From NCBI GenBank assembly GCA_964016885.1, contig OZ024740.1, positions 198,710,001 to 198,774,000 of the forward strand: a DNA stretch of 64,000 nucleotides, read 5' to 3'. The DNA is from Eledone cirrhosa (lineage: Eukaryota). Under the pieces are notes generated by a model, which was not told the origin of the DNA, did no database searches, and saw nothing but the letters and a program-made list of their open reading frames with translations. Both the position numbers and the translations under genes were made by a program. Numbering within the stretch: the first letter of the stretch is position 1; the number at the start of each line of letters is the position of its first letter. This document shows positions 53,567 to 64,000 of this stretch, in pieces.

Positions 53567-56500
53567 ATTCAGGTTTGAGGTTCACCACTGAATAGAGCTG
53601 GTCAATTCCGTATGGTCAATCTTAACGTAATAATATGGAGAGTACTCAACGTAAAGCAGTTCAACCGTCTTTATTTTTGTAGTTGGTGGTGCTAGTACGG
53701 AGTTAAATTATATAATGAAATGACAGGAGGCTGGACTTGTGTAAATCCTTGAAAGGTTTATTATACTATGATCATTTCAATGACCGGGTTCCGTATGAAT
53801 CCGGTGATATCATCAGGTATTCGAAATATAATAAATAAGTGAATGTAATGGATAAAATCCATGGGGCTGAAAATCGAAGACCCGAGGACGACCGCCATCC
53901 AGCATCTTCCACCTTTGGCGGTCGCCCTCGAGTGACGTGGCTAAAGCTTACAGTGTGCTGCTACCGGTCAAATTAAAGAAAACAGAAAGGGATAGGAACA
54001 TAAGTCAGCGTTATTATCGTGCCACAAGAAAAAAGAAAGAAAGAAAGAAAGAAGATAGAAGAAGAAGGGGGAAGGAAAAAGAAAGAAAGAAAGAATAGAG
54101 AAGAAGGGTGAAGGAAGAAAAGGAAGAAGAAGAGAAGTCAGGGTTAAGGTCAGCTATAAGAAGAAAGACAGAAAGAAGGAGGAGGAAGGGTCGGTATTAC
54201 AGTCAGGCCAGGAATGTCGCGAAAAAAATTTATTCTTAGGTATCTTAACAACTACTACCGGTCAAATATAGGCAAACAAAAAGGGGGAGGTAAGTCAGCG
54301 TTAATATCATGCCACAAGGAGAAAGACAGAAAGAAGGGGGAAGAGAAGAAGAAAAGGAAGAAGAAGAGAAGTCAGGGTTGATGGCTACAAGAAGAAAGAT
54401 GGAAAGAAAGAGGAAGAAAGGTCGATATTAATGTCAGACTACAGTCAGGCCAGGAATGGCGCGAAAATATATTTTCAAAGGGACCCGTATCTTAGCAGAG
54501 GTAAATATAGTGGGGGTCTGTATGTTATAATGTGTGAGCAGAAGATTGGGACGTTACATTTTTGTTTAGATTTATAGGATGAAGTTAAAGATTAATATTT
54601 AATATTAACATTATAAAATTAAAGAAATTAGAAAATTGAAAGTTAAACAGTTTAACATTTTTAAGGTTGCGAGGTTTAAGCAAAGAAAGAGTATATGAAG
54701 AAACTTAAATTTTATTATAGAGTAAAGATTATGTCTTTGTTTAGCCGTCAAACAGCATGCGGCGACCACAAGCTTGCGCAGCCCGTCACTCCGAGTGATA
54801 TGGCCTAGCGAAAGATATGGAAATCGATTTTTACGAGCACTCTAGGAATGTATAACAGGCTTCAGGTGCGCCAGCAGGAAGTCAGCCCGCATTGTTAGGC
54901 CATCCTTGTACAAAACCAGTACTATTCCTTTACCCAGGAGGGGAATTTGCTTAAGTAGAGGGAGGCGTGATACATCTAATAGTTCTGATTTCATCTGTAG
55001 TTCTGATTTCATCTGTAATTTAAAGGTACTATATTGCGGTCAAAAAACCGGCTGCGCACCGGGTCCCCGGGGAGAGTCAAACCACTCCGAGTAGTTTCAT
55101 TTACCGAAAGAAGGGGAAATTTATTTTTCCAAGCACTCAAGGCAGGCCTATGCGCGAGGGGTCCCGTCCCGCCGCCAGGAAAACCAACCCAACACTCCGA
55201 CAGAAAGTTGGAACGTTAAAATATAGTTTAGATTTATAGGATGAAGTTGAAAGAATTCAGAATAACATTATAAAATTAAAGAGTAAGAAGATTGAGAATT
55301 GAACAAATAGAACATTGAAAATTATACATTTAAAAAATTAAAAAAACTTTTTTAAGGTTTTGAGTTTCGGGGTTTAGTTAAAGAGAGTCTTTTATGAAGA
55401 AACGTTCATTCTATTATATAGATCCTCTATAAGTTATCCTAGTGGGATGTAGAGTAAGGGATATAATCGGGTAATATTTATTTTTGTTCTCAGGGTGAGA
55501 CATTCTAGTGTCGTGTGCTAATGGGTACAAGTGAGTAACAGTCCCAATAAGAGGAGTAGAAATACATGGACACATAGAAGTAGAATACGTGGAAAAGCAC
55601 ATTAATAAAGCAAAGGTATAAATATATAAATAAACCAACAAGAGTGGTGGTGGAGTAAGATGGAGAAATCAAGACATAGGAGAAATACAATATAGTTCAG
55701 GTTGCAGTATTTATGTTCCCAGGGGGAGACATTCTAGTTTCGTGTGCTAATGTGTACACGCGAGTAAAAGTCTGAATAAGAGGAGTAAAAAGTACATGGA
55801 TGTATAGAAGTAGAATACGCGGAAAAAACATTAATACAGCAAAGGTAGAAAGATATAAAAATATAAATAAACAAACAAGAGTGGTGGTGGAGTAAATGGA
55901 GAGATCAAGACACAGGAGAAATACAATATAGTTCAAGTTGCAGTCAGTTAATACATATAGATCTGGAAATGGAATCAGTGTGTGTTCGAGTCTGAGAATT
56001 CAGTGTGAGTTATACATGCCCTGAAGTATAGGGTAGCGAATTTAGTCAATACAGTACAGTACAATACATGTTGTGGTATAGTCCGTAGAATTTTGTCGAA
56101 GTCTGAATATTCTGAGAGGGGAGTAGCATTGGGCCAGGTGGGCTGTAGGAAAAAACACTGAGTAGCCAAAATCCGAATGGTGGTGAGATATATTCAGTCC
56201 CATGCCGCTGTTCATTATTACATTTGGAAGTGCTCAACATTACAGGAGCATTATTTATTCAGGTTTGAGGTTCACCACTGGATAGAGCTGGTCAATTCCG
56301 TATGGTCAATCTTAATGTAATAATATGGAGAGTACTCAACGTAAAGCAGTTCAACCATCTTTGTTTTTGTAGTTGGTGGTGCTAGTACGGAGTTAAATAT
56401 TATAATGAAATGACAGGAGGCTGGACTTGTGTAAATCCTTGAAAGGTTATTATACTATGATCATTTCAATGACCGGGTTCCGTATGAATCCGGTGATATC

Positions 56501-57532
56501 ATCAAGTATTCGAAATATAATAAGTGAATGTAATGGATTAAATCCATGAGGCTGAAAATCGAAGACCCGAGGACGACCACCATCCAGCATCTTCCACCTT
56601 TGGCGGTCGCCCTCGAGTGACGTGGCTAAAGCTTACAGTGTGCTACTACCGGTCAAATTAAAGAAAACAGAAAGGGATAGGAACATAAGTCAGCGTTAAT
56701 ATCGTGCCACAAGAAAAAAGAAAGAAACAAAGAAAGAAGAGAGAAGAAGAAGGGGGAAGGAAAAAGAAAGAAAGAAAGAAAGAAAGAATAGAGAAGAAGG
56801 GTAAAAGGAAGAAAAAGAAGAAGAGAAGTCAGGGTTAAGGTCAGCTATAAGAAGAAAGACAGAAAGAAAGAGGAGGAAGGGTCGGTATTACAGTCAGGCC
56901 AGGAATGTCGCGAAAAAAATGTATTCTAAGGGACCCGTATCTTAACAACTACTGCCGGTCAAATATAGGCAAACAAAAGGCGGAGGTAAGTCAGCGTTAA
57001 TATCATGCCACAAGGAGAAAGACAGAAAGAAGGGGGAAGAGAAGAAGAAAAGGATGAAGAAGAGAAGTCAGGGTTGATGGCTACAAGAAGAAAGATAGAA
57101 AGAAAGAGGAAGAAAGGTCGATATTAATGTCAGACTTCTCTCTTCTTTCTTTCTTTCTTTCTTTTACCATCCTCCTTCTTCTTCTCTCTTCTTTCTTTCT
57201 TTCTTTCTTTTTTCTTGTGGCACGATAATAACGCTGACTTATGTTCCTATCCCTTTCTGTTTTCTTTCATTTGACCGGTAGTAGCACACTGTAAGCTTTA
57301 GCCACGTCACTCGAGGGCGACCGCCAAAGGTGGAAGATGCTGGATGGCGGTCGTCCTCGGGTCTTCTATTTTCAGCCTCATGGATTTTATCTATTACATT
57401 CACTTATTTATTATATTTCGAATACCTGATGATATCACCGGATTCATACGAACCCGGTCATTGAAATGATCATATTATAATAAACCTTTCAAGGATTTAC
57501 ACAAGTCCAGCCTCCTGTCATTTCATTATAAT
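53567..57532 (-). mobile_element. Large non-coding HHR-bearing element: 2.69-kb unit, about 875-nt direct repeats and an inverted arm
   Basis: 53567-54440 is repeated at 56257-57136; 57137-57532 is an inverted copy of about 53710-54105; three HHR copies; no RT/EN homology seen. Confidence 0.88.
53763..53820 (-). ncRNA. Type I hammerhead ribozyme (other copies: 56452-56509 minus with C3U; 57422-57478 plus)
   Basis: AUAC CUGAUGA UAUC-ACCGG...CCGGU-CAUU GAAAU GAUC AUA GUAU; palindromic stem III AUGAUCAU. Confidence 0.85.
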
Positions 57533-57547
57533 ATTATATATATATAT

Positions 57548-57860
57548 AACGAAGGAATTGTTGTAAGGAACCAGATGGACCATAACGCACCAGGGTACTC
57601 AACACTTAGGGTAGTAGAGTGGGTAATAGGAAAAAGTATGACAGAGAGAGAGAGAGTGAGAGGGAGAGAGAGACATATATATATATATAGGAAAAAGTAT
57701 GACAGAGAGAGAGAGAGAGAGTGAGAGGGAGAGAGAGACATATATATATATAGGAAAAAGTCTGACCCCAACGGCAGAGCTCAAGCCGTTTCTGGACTGA
57801 GTCCAGAAATAGCCATCGAAACGGCTTGAGCTCTGCCGTCGGGGTCATACTTTTTCTTAT
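57548..57860. mobile_element. Element-A-family mini insertion, two-armed, with internal copies of flanking DNA
   Basis: Minus arm 57548-57798 is interrupted twice by (GA)-rich blocks; plus arm 57800-57860. Confidence 0.88.
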
Positions 57861-57944
57861 ATATATATATATATATATATGTCTCTCTCTCCCTCTCACA
57901 CTCTCTCTCTCTCTCGCTATATATATATACTATTTTACTCTTTC

Positions 57945-58640
57945 ACCTGTTCCAGCCATCCCGCTGAGGCCATGCTGGGCCCCGACCAGGTTGCTACATA
58001 TTCTAACTCCAGCCTGTGTTGGCTGGCTATTGGTGTAAGAGGGAGTTCGTTGCTGCTGCCCTTAGGTTAACTTCGTACCGTGCTGTGGGCTCAGCCAGGA
58101 TCCTGGATAATAGGGTGTCATGATGTTTCTTTAAAATATCCATTTCCACACCATGCAGATTTCTCAAATTTCATGGCAGCTTCTTGAAGGGTTTAGGGAC
58201 TTTGAACCCAGGCTATTGCAATATATGCTCCTTATTCTAGATGTGGCACCACACAGTGACGTCCTCTTCGGTGGCTAGTCCAGCTGACAATACAAAAGTT
58301 TGGTGCTAGTCCGTCCAGGAATTTCCATATGTATATCACTGCGTATCTCTCCCGTTTTCGTTCCAAGGTGTAGAGTTTCAGTTCTCTCCCAGTAACTCAT
58401 CTTCTTCATTGTAGCAATCCTTCTTTGGATTGTAGTTCAGCCTCTCCCAGTAACTCATCTTCTTCATTGTAGCAATCCTTCTTTGGATTGTCTCAAACCT
58501 CCTTGTAAATTTGTTCCAGGCGGCTTATAACAAATGTCCTGCATAGTATCAACATAGTCTTTCAGTCTCTGACGAGTTATCGCAAGAGAGTCGGGCCCCG
58601 TCACCTTGATTGTATCCTGAGCTGATCGATATCGAAACTA
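57945..58640 (-). mobile_element. Decayed CR1/L2-type LINE 3' fragment
   Basis: MSYWERL, LKLYTLERKRERYAVIYIWKFLDGL; internal duplication of about 57 nt at 58385-58490. Confidence 0.75.
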
Positions 58641-58766
58641 TTGTAATATGCAAATATAGTTTGTACATATGCTGCAACGCTGACTTCGACTCTTTTAAAT
58701 CTCTCTCTATATAACCCCCCCACACACACACACTCACTCTCTGTATACACACACACACATATATAT

Positions 58767-58851
<85 letters not shown>

Positions 58852-58861
58852 TATATATACA

Positions 58862-59020
58862 CTGAAGGAAGTGTGGTAAGGAACCAAGTGGACCATAACG
58901 CACCAGAGTACTCGATACTTTGGGTAGTAGGAAAAGGTTCAGGACCCCGACGGCAGAGCTCTAGTCCAGAAATAGTCGTTGAAACGGCTTGAGCTCTGCC
59001 GTCGGTGTCTTGAACATCTT

Positions 59021-59024
<4 letters not shown>
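58862..59024. mobile_element. Element-A-family mini insertion, two-armed
   Basis: Minus arm 58862-58960, plus arm 58962-59024; within (TA)n. Confidence 0.88.
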
Positions 59025-59067
<43 letters not shown>

Positions 59068-60960
59068 TCACAAATATATTTAATGGTTTTAAATCATGTT
59101 AATAAGCAATTTTAATTATAGAATTTGAATATTATAAATATATATAGTTCTATATATGTCTGATTAAATAAAGAACATTGTGAACAATATCCTCCATCAA
59201 ATATTGTTCTCTTCTCAAATAATTATATTTGATTATATTTTACAAATATATTCCAATGTTTTTTCAGATGTAAATATATCAAAACAAATGGTTAAATAAG
59301 AATGATTTTGTTTAGAGAACGATTAAAAATATTTTATTAAAAATATATGGATTAACCGAGAAATAAAAGAAGTTGAATATGGAATAATACCAGAATGATT
59401 GTTGATAGAACGTGATAACGAGAAATTAATGGATATTTTAAAAATTATATTTGAAGGTTGTTTGCTCTGAAAACTCGTAAATTCAAAAGCAGTAACTTAA
59501 TGTGATGATCTGGGAATCCATATTAAGTGGTGAGTAATCAGTATGTTCTTATTTTTCGACAATTATGTAAATATTATGGTTTAAATCCCGTATGGCTAAT
59601 TTAATTAATCAACGTTCTCTTTTGTTAATCATTTGTCAATATTTCAAATACTAATAAGACCTTTATCTCTAAATCATAGTTATGCATTATTATTTATTCG
59701 GAGTATAGTTCAAATATTGATTCATTTTGGATTTAGGGCACACGCTGTTAAAACGTATGCTAATTGAGCTGTAAAATTAATTGAATAGTTTTATTTCATG
59801 ATGTCAAATTGCTGCAACATGCTGTTTGAATAAAATACAAATGTAAAATATTGAAGGTGTACAAGAAATCTTAGGAGATGTTTGAGCAGTAAAAGAACAC
59901 AGCAAATGGCACACACCTCCAAATATTGATATGTATTTTCATATCAATAAAATAAAACTATATATAAAACTATATATTTCCGTACAACTTAATTAAATGC
60001 TACAGTGGTCTTTAAACATATTTTGTGGGATTTTACAAACAATCCATACCAGTAATTTGCAAACAATTTCCAACACGTTATTTTTAATAAGACATTTATT
60101 GATACCAAACTTAGCTACGTACAATGGTCGTACAATCCACCCAATGTAAAATATTTTAATATTTTTATCATTATTGAAATTAACATTAGTTTCATTTAAT
60201 AATCATTTCTATCTATATACGATTGTAAGTTTTCGTTGAAACGACATCGCCATTAATTGATGAAACGTTATAAACTTTGGCGAGGTGACCCATATCGTAA
60301 AGTGGCCCCTAATAATCTGTGAATAAAACAATCCCGATTCGGAGACTCAGTCACAAGTAAAATAGGGTTGATTATAAAATAGGATGGACAAAATTGAGAA
60401 ATGTTTAATGGAGTGGGAGTAAAACTGTTGAAGAAGTTGTAAAATAGATTATTGCTCACTGAGAAAATAGTGCAACGTCAAATATATAAGATTCGATTTA
60501 CAGTAAACCTTCATGCTTCGAAATAAGAAATATTTCTAACTCTCTCACATTATTTACTTTTCCCTCTCTTCATACACCCTTATTCTGAATCTGGCTCAGT
60601 ATCGTTGCTAATTAATACAATATAAAGTAAATACTAGCATTCTGTTATATGATATTTATTACGCGCAATGTTCATATACTGTTGCAACACTGACATTAGG
60701 CTTCCAACTTCTGGTTAATTATATTTTAATGTGTTATTTCCCTATTAGTTAAGGAGTTTGATCTACTCGTCAAAATATTTCGGTCACAATCATATGGTCC
60801 AGTGTGTGATTTCCAGATGGGGGATGCATTATGTTTTGAGCAAGAAACTTCATTTCAAGTTTCTTGAAATTGCTCAGCTGAATATGATTACAATCTCAAA
60901 AGCGTGAAACTAATAAACCTTTGTTTATACTGCCTCTCTGTTTTGTTCTCGTTCCATTTT

Positions 60961-60997
<37 letters not shown>

Positions 60998-61001
<4 letters not shown>

Positions 61002-64000
61002 CAAAATAAAGATCCGAAGGCATGATATAAATTTCCAATCATTTTAATCACGACACATGTTTCAATAAGAGATAGATCGATCGTGTAGCCATGATCGATT
61101 ATCACTGATCTCGTCAGGTGAAAATGAATTGTTTTCAAATCCTTGATATGAGGGAGAAAAATTAACGATGTTCACTCACAGAGTTTAGTCCCTCATATGA
61201 AGATCAAGCAGTCAAAAGACGGCGACTGCTATCGTCTTCAGTTAGGGTCATAACACTATCAAGTCTCTATCTCCCAATAGCTGTAAAAGACGCTAGACAT
61301 CACTCAAATCTGTAGAATTACAGTTGGTCACAGTTAGTGTGAGTGAGTACACACACACACTCACACACACCGACGCGAGGTCAAAGAAAACATATATAAA
61401 TATACCAACATAGTATTCATCGAAAGTTAGTTTACAAAACAACAAATGTTATAATGGTCAAATCCCAATTTGACGATGTAAATTTGAAAAATTGGGTCAA
61501 GCGCAATCCTATACAAACGCAAGTAAGTTCAGTTCAATGCTCTGCTATACTTGTATAGATTGAATTGTAACGTCGGTATCTCCAAATAGTGTATATTTTG
61601 GTATATACACATACGTATCGTCCAGAAAAGTTATGTTTTTGTATATACGCATCCGTGTGAAGAGCAAGTAGTCAGCTCATATCGAATTCAGTATGTGCCG
61701 TTGTCCTGTTGAGAATTTGAGTCCCCAAATCTGTGCGTGCAAGCAACCACTATGCAGGCCACCAAGGGGCTCTGTGTATAGTTGGGTATTTGGGTTAAGG
61801 TGTCAGTATGTGCGTTTTCCCGCCATATGGGCCCTTGGGCTTTTAAGATAGGTGTTTGAGTGGTGGTGGTGTGTTATCCAACACAAACATAAAATAAAAT
61901 AAAATAAAATAACAAAGAATAGCAAAACCCAGAGGATGTGTGTAGGCCCATTAATGGTGTGTAAGTGTTATTGTCCAATATGTACCCGTGTGTACTCCAT
62001 GGTTAGATGATCACGGATCAAAACCTAGTGTAGTGTTCAATCGATAGGAACGTGACCAGTCATAACTGTGGGAACTCCGTGTCTAAAGAAACCGGGTACT
62101 GTGTGTAGAGTTATGTATAGAGAGCGTAATTGGTCTTAACTGAGTGTGTAATACGTCTAGCTATATCCTAAGCGAGAGAGCTCAATGGATAGGGCATCCT
62201 AAACTAATGGTGAATGTGCGTGATCGGTCTTTCCTGAGTGTGTAATCATTCTAACTATTTACTAACTAGGTATTCTAATGTGCAATCAATCTGTGAGAAC
62301 TCTGTGGAAACAGACCGAGTACCGTTTGTAAGTCCGCAAACAATCTTAGCTGTCTAACTACCTGAGTGTGTGATTGTCTGTTTTTTTGCTAATTTAGAGA
62401 ACTCTATGGCTAAGGTAGAGAGGGAGGACTAGTGGTAGGTTACTTTACACAAATCCTGTGGAAGGTTTTCGAGGTTGTATGTTGGCAATTGCTCAAAAAA
62501 TCGCTCTCCTATTGATTAATAGGGGGCTGCCTCTAATAATATTAAAAGTTTCAGCTATTCACAAATTAGAGACGCCCGTGCTGCTGTTATATGGCTGGGC
62601 TGAGCAAATTATGGACCAGGATAAGGATTGCTCTATATTATGTTGTTTAAGTTTCCAGTCTAATTCAGAAAGCGCCGTGCTATTTTTTTTATCTAATCTA
62701 TTAAAGGTGTGGCTGTGATTATACCATATATCCTTAAATTCATTGGCAGTTTCCCCAACACACCTGAAGGTTCTATCTAAAGTGGAGACCTTACAGTCGT
62801 AGACTACGTTTTTGGTGAGGCATTTCCCAGCCATGGGGCAAGTGGCAGTTTTCCTGCAATTACATTTTCTGTTATCGACCTGGGTAGTTCCAGAGGAACC
62901 ACGGTACCTCTGAGGTCGGGTCTCAGTTCTTGTCTGCTCTATGGGTAATTTTCCAGGGGTCGGGGTGGGTGACCCGACTCGCCTCACGTGAATCAGTCCG
63001 TTCATCCATAGAGCTGCCATTCTTTCTGCCATGTCTCAACCCCCCCCCCCCCTTGGGTTGTCCTAAGTCTACTATAATTCATCTTAGCTATATTCTGAGC
63101 TATGTTACTGGTTGTGGAGTAGGACAGCTTGATGGTATTCCTATTGAATATTTTATAGTATCTGTGTGATCTAGGGAAGCATTTGTCTAAGGCCCTAAAA
63201 CAAAGCTTAGCTATACTAGTGGTCAGGCCGGTGGAGTAAGGGGGGGGGGGGGTACCACAGGCTTTTTCTGGTCCGATGCCTCTTGTTCTTACTATCCATA
63301 CTAGAGTTACCTGCCTACTTGGTTGCTACTGGTCTATTATATCTGAAAACTGCCTGTGGATCGATGGTGTCTTGGGATGTCTCGATTGTGTTCGGAATCG
63401 TCCCAAATCTCGGAGGCGGTGTATCCCCCGTGCAGTTATTGGGATTACCCTCGATAGCCGGGGTTATATCCACTATGCGCCTGCTACATTTATCCCTATT
63501 CCCTCTATCCGACCCCCGTTCCATTTTAGGTTCAACGGTTGTTTTATCAGTTCTACAATTAAGGTTACAATTACAGTTTCCGCTGGCATTACGGTGCTCA
63601 GACCCCATGTTTGTACCTGGGTGATTGTTTCCATTGGTACCTTCGACATTGGGACTATGAGGCAATACAACATGAAGTCTATATTGATCCTCCCTCGCAT
63701 CCCGCCTGCTGTTAATTAAAGTGTCACTATTTTGGCCTAAGCTATCGCAGGCAATGTTGCTACTACTATTTAATGGACGTTTGAATGAGATTCCCTCGCT
63801 ATGCCCCGCGCGTTCCAGCGCTCTATTATAGTAATTCTAGATACTATCAAAAGTATCTTCATTGGAAGATAGTCCTGAAATTCTACTAGAGACGCGTTTG
63901 GTAATACCGTTAGTGACTATTCTAGGGTGGTTCGATTTTGCGTTGACCTAATTTAAATTCTCGTTTGGTTTGTGGTATGGTTGGAAGATTCCTGAATTGA
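60998..64000 (-). mobile_element. Penelope-like element D (Naiad-type), runs off the window; decayed RT thumb + zinc finger + GIY-YIG, 3' region with hammerhead
   Basis: QPYHKPN, SNHP, LSSNEDTF, YNRALERAG; KCFPRSHRYYKIFNRNTIKLSYS; CNCRKTATCPMAGKC; VVY..CVGET; STALS; stops and frameshifts. Confidence 0.92.
61048..61121 (-). ncRNA. Type I hammerhead ribozyme (element D)
   Basis: UCAC CUGACGA GAU...AUCGAUC/GAUCGAU...AUU GAAAC AUGU GUC GUGA; canonical GUC triplet. Confidence 0.88.

Noticed and set aside
62040-62260. AUGA-containing segments in the element D 3' region as possible SECIS
   Set aside because: No complementary helix II or opposing GA found
63276-63719. Plus-strand ORFs of 113-147 aa
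   Set aside because: Antisense shadows of the element D ORF

Overview
AT-rich, microsatellite-laden animal genomic DNA. The dominant tRNA-derived SINE suggests an octopod cephalopod, which is an inference. No intact host gene is evident, and almost all listed ORFs are microsatellite or SINE artefacts. The window is largely decayed mobile DNA: a PIF1-helicase plus USP-protease (Helitron-like) element, RTE, R4/Dong and CR1-type LINE fragments, many copies of one SINE, and a possible Tctex-1-domain pseudogene. The main signal is a set of Penelope-like retroelements (Naiad-type RT/GIY-YIG remnants at about 24.2-26.7, 37.6-42.2, 48.3-49.1 and 61-64 kb) together with non-coding elements that carry type I hammerhead ribozymes (HHRs). 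I read about 15 HHR motifs by eye. They include a 524-nt tandem retrozyme-like repeat, a 2.7-kb non-coding HHR-bounded unit, U3-A8 compensatory core variants and a family of about 140-nt half-hammerhead elements. Nearly all sit in (TA)n tracts, and at least eight are head-to-head two-armed insertions with a recurring pattern of arm ends. One Naiad remnant has an in-frame UGA at a conserved zinc-finger Cys plus a SECIS-like hairpin at the ORF end, a candidate selenoprotein retroelement. All structures were folded by eye and coordinates of degenerate elements are approximate.
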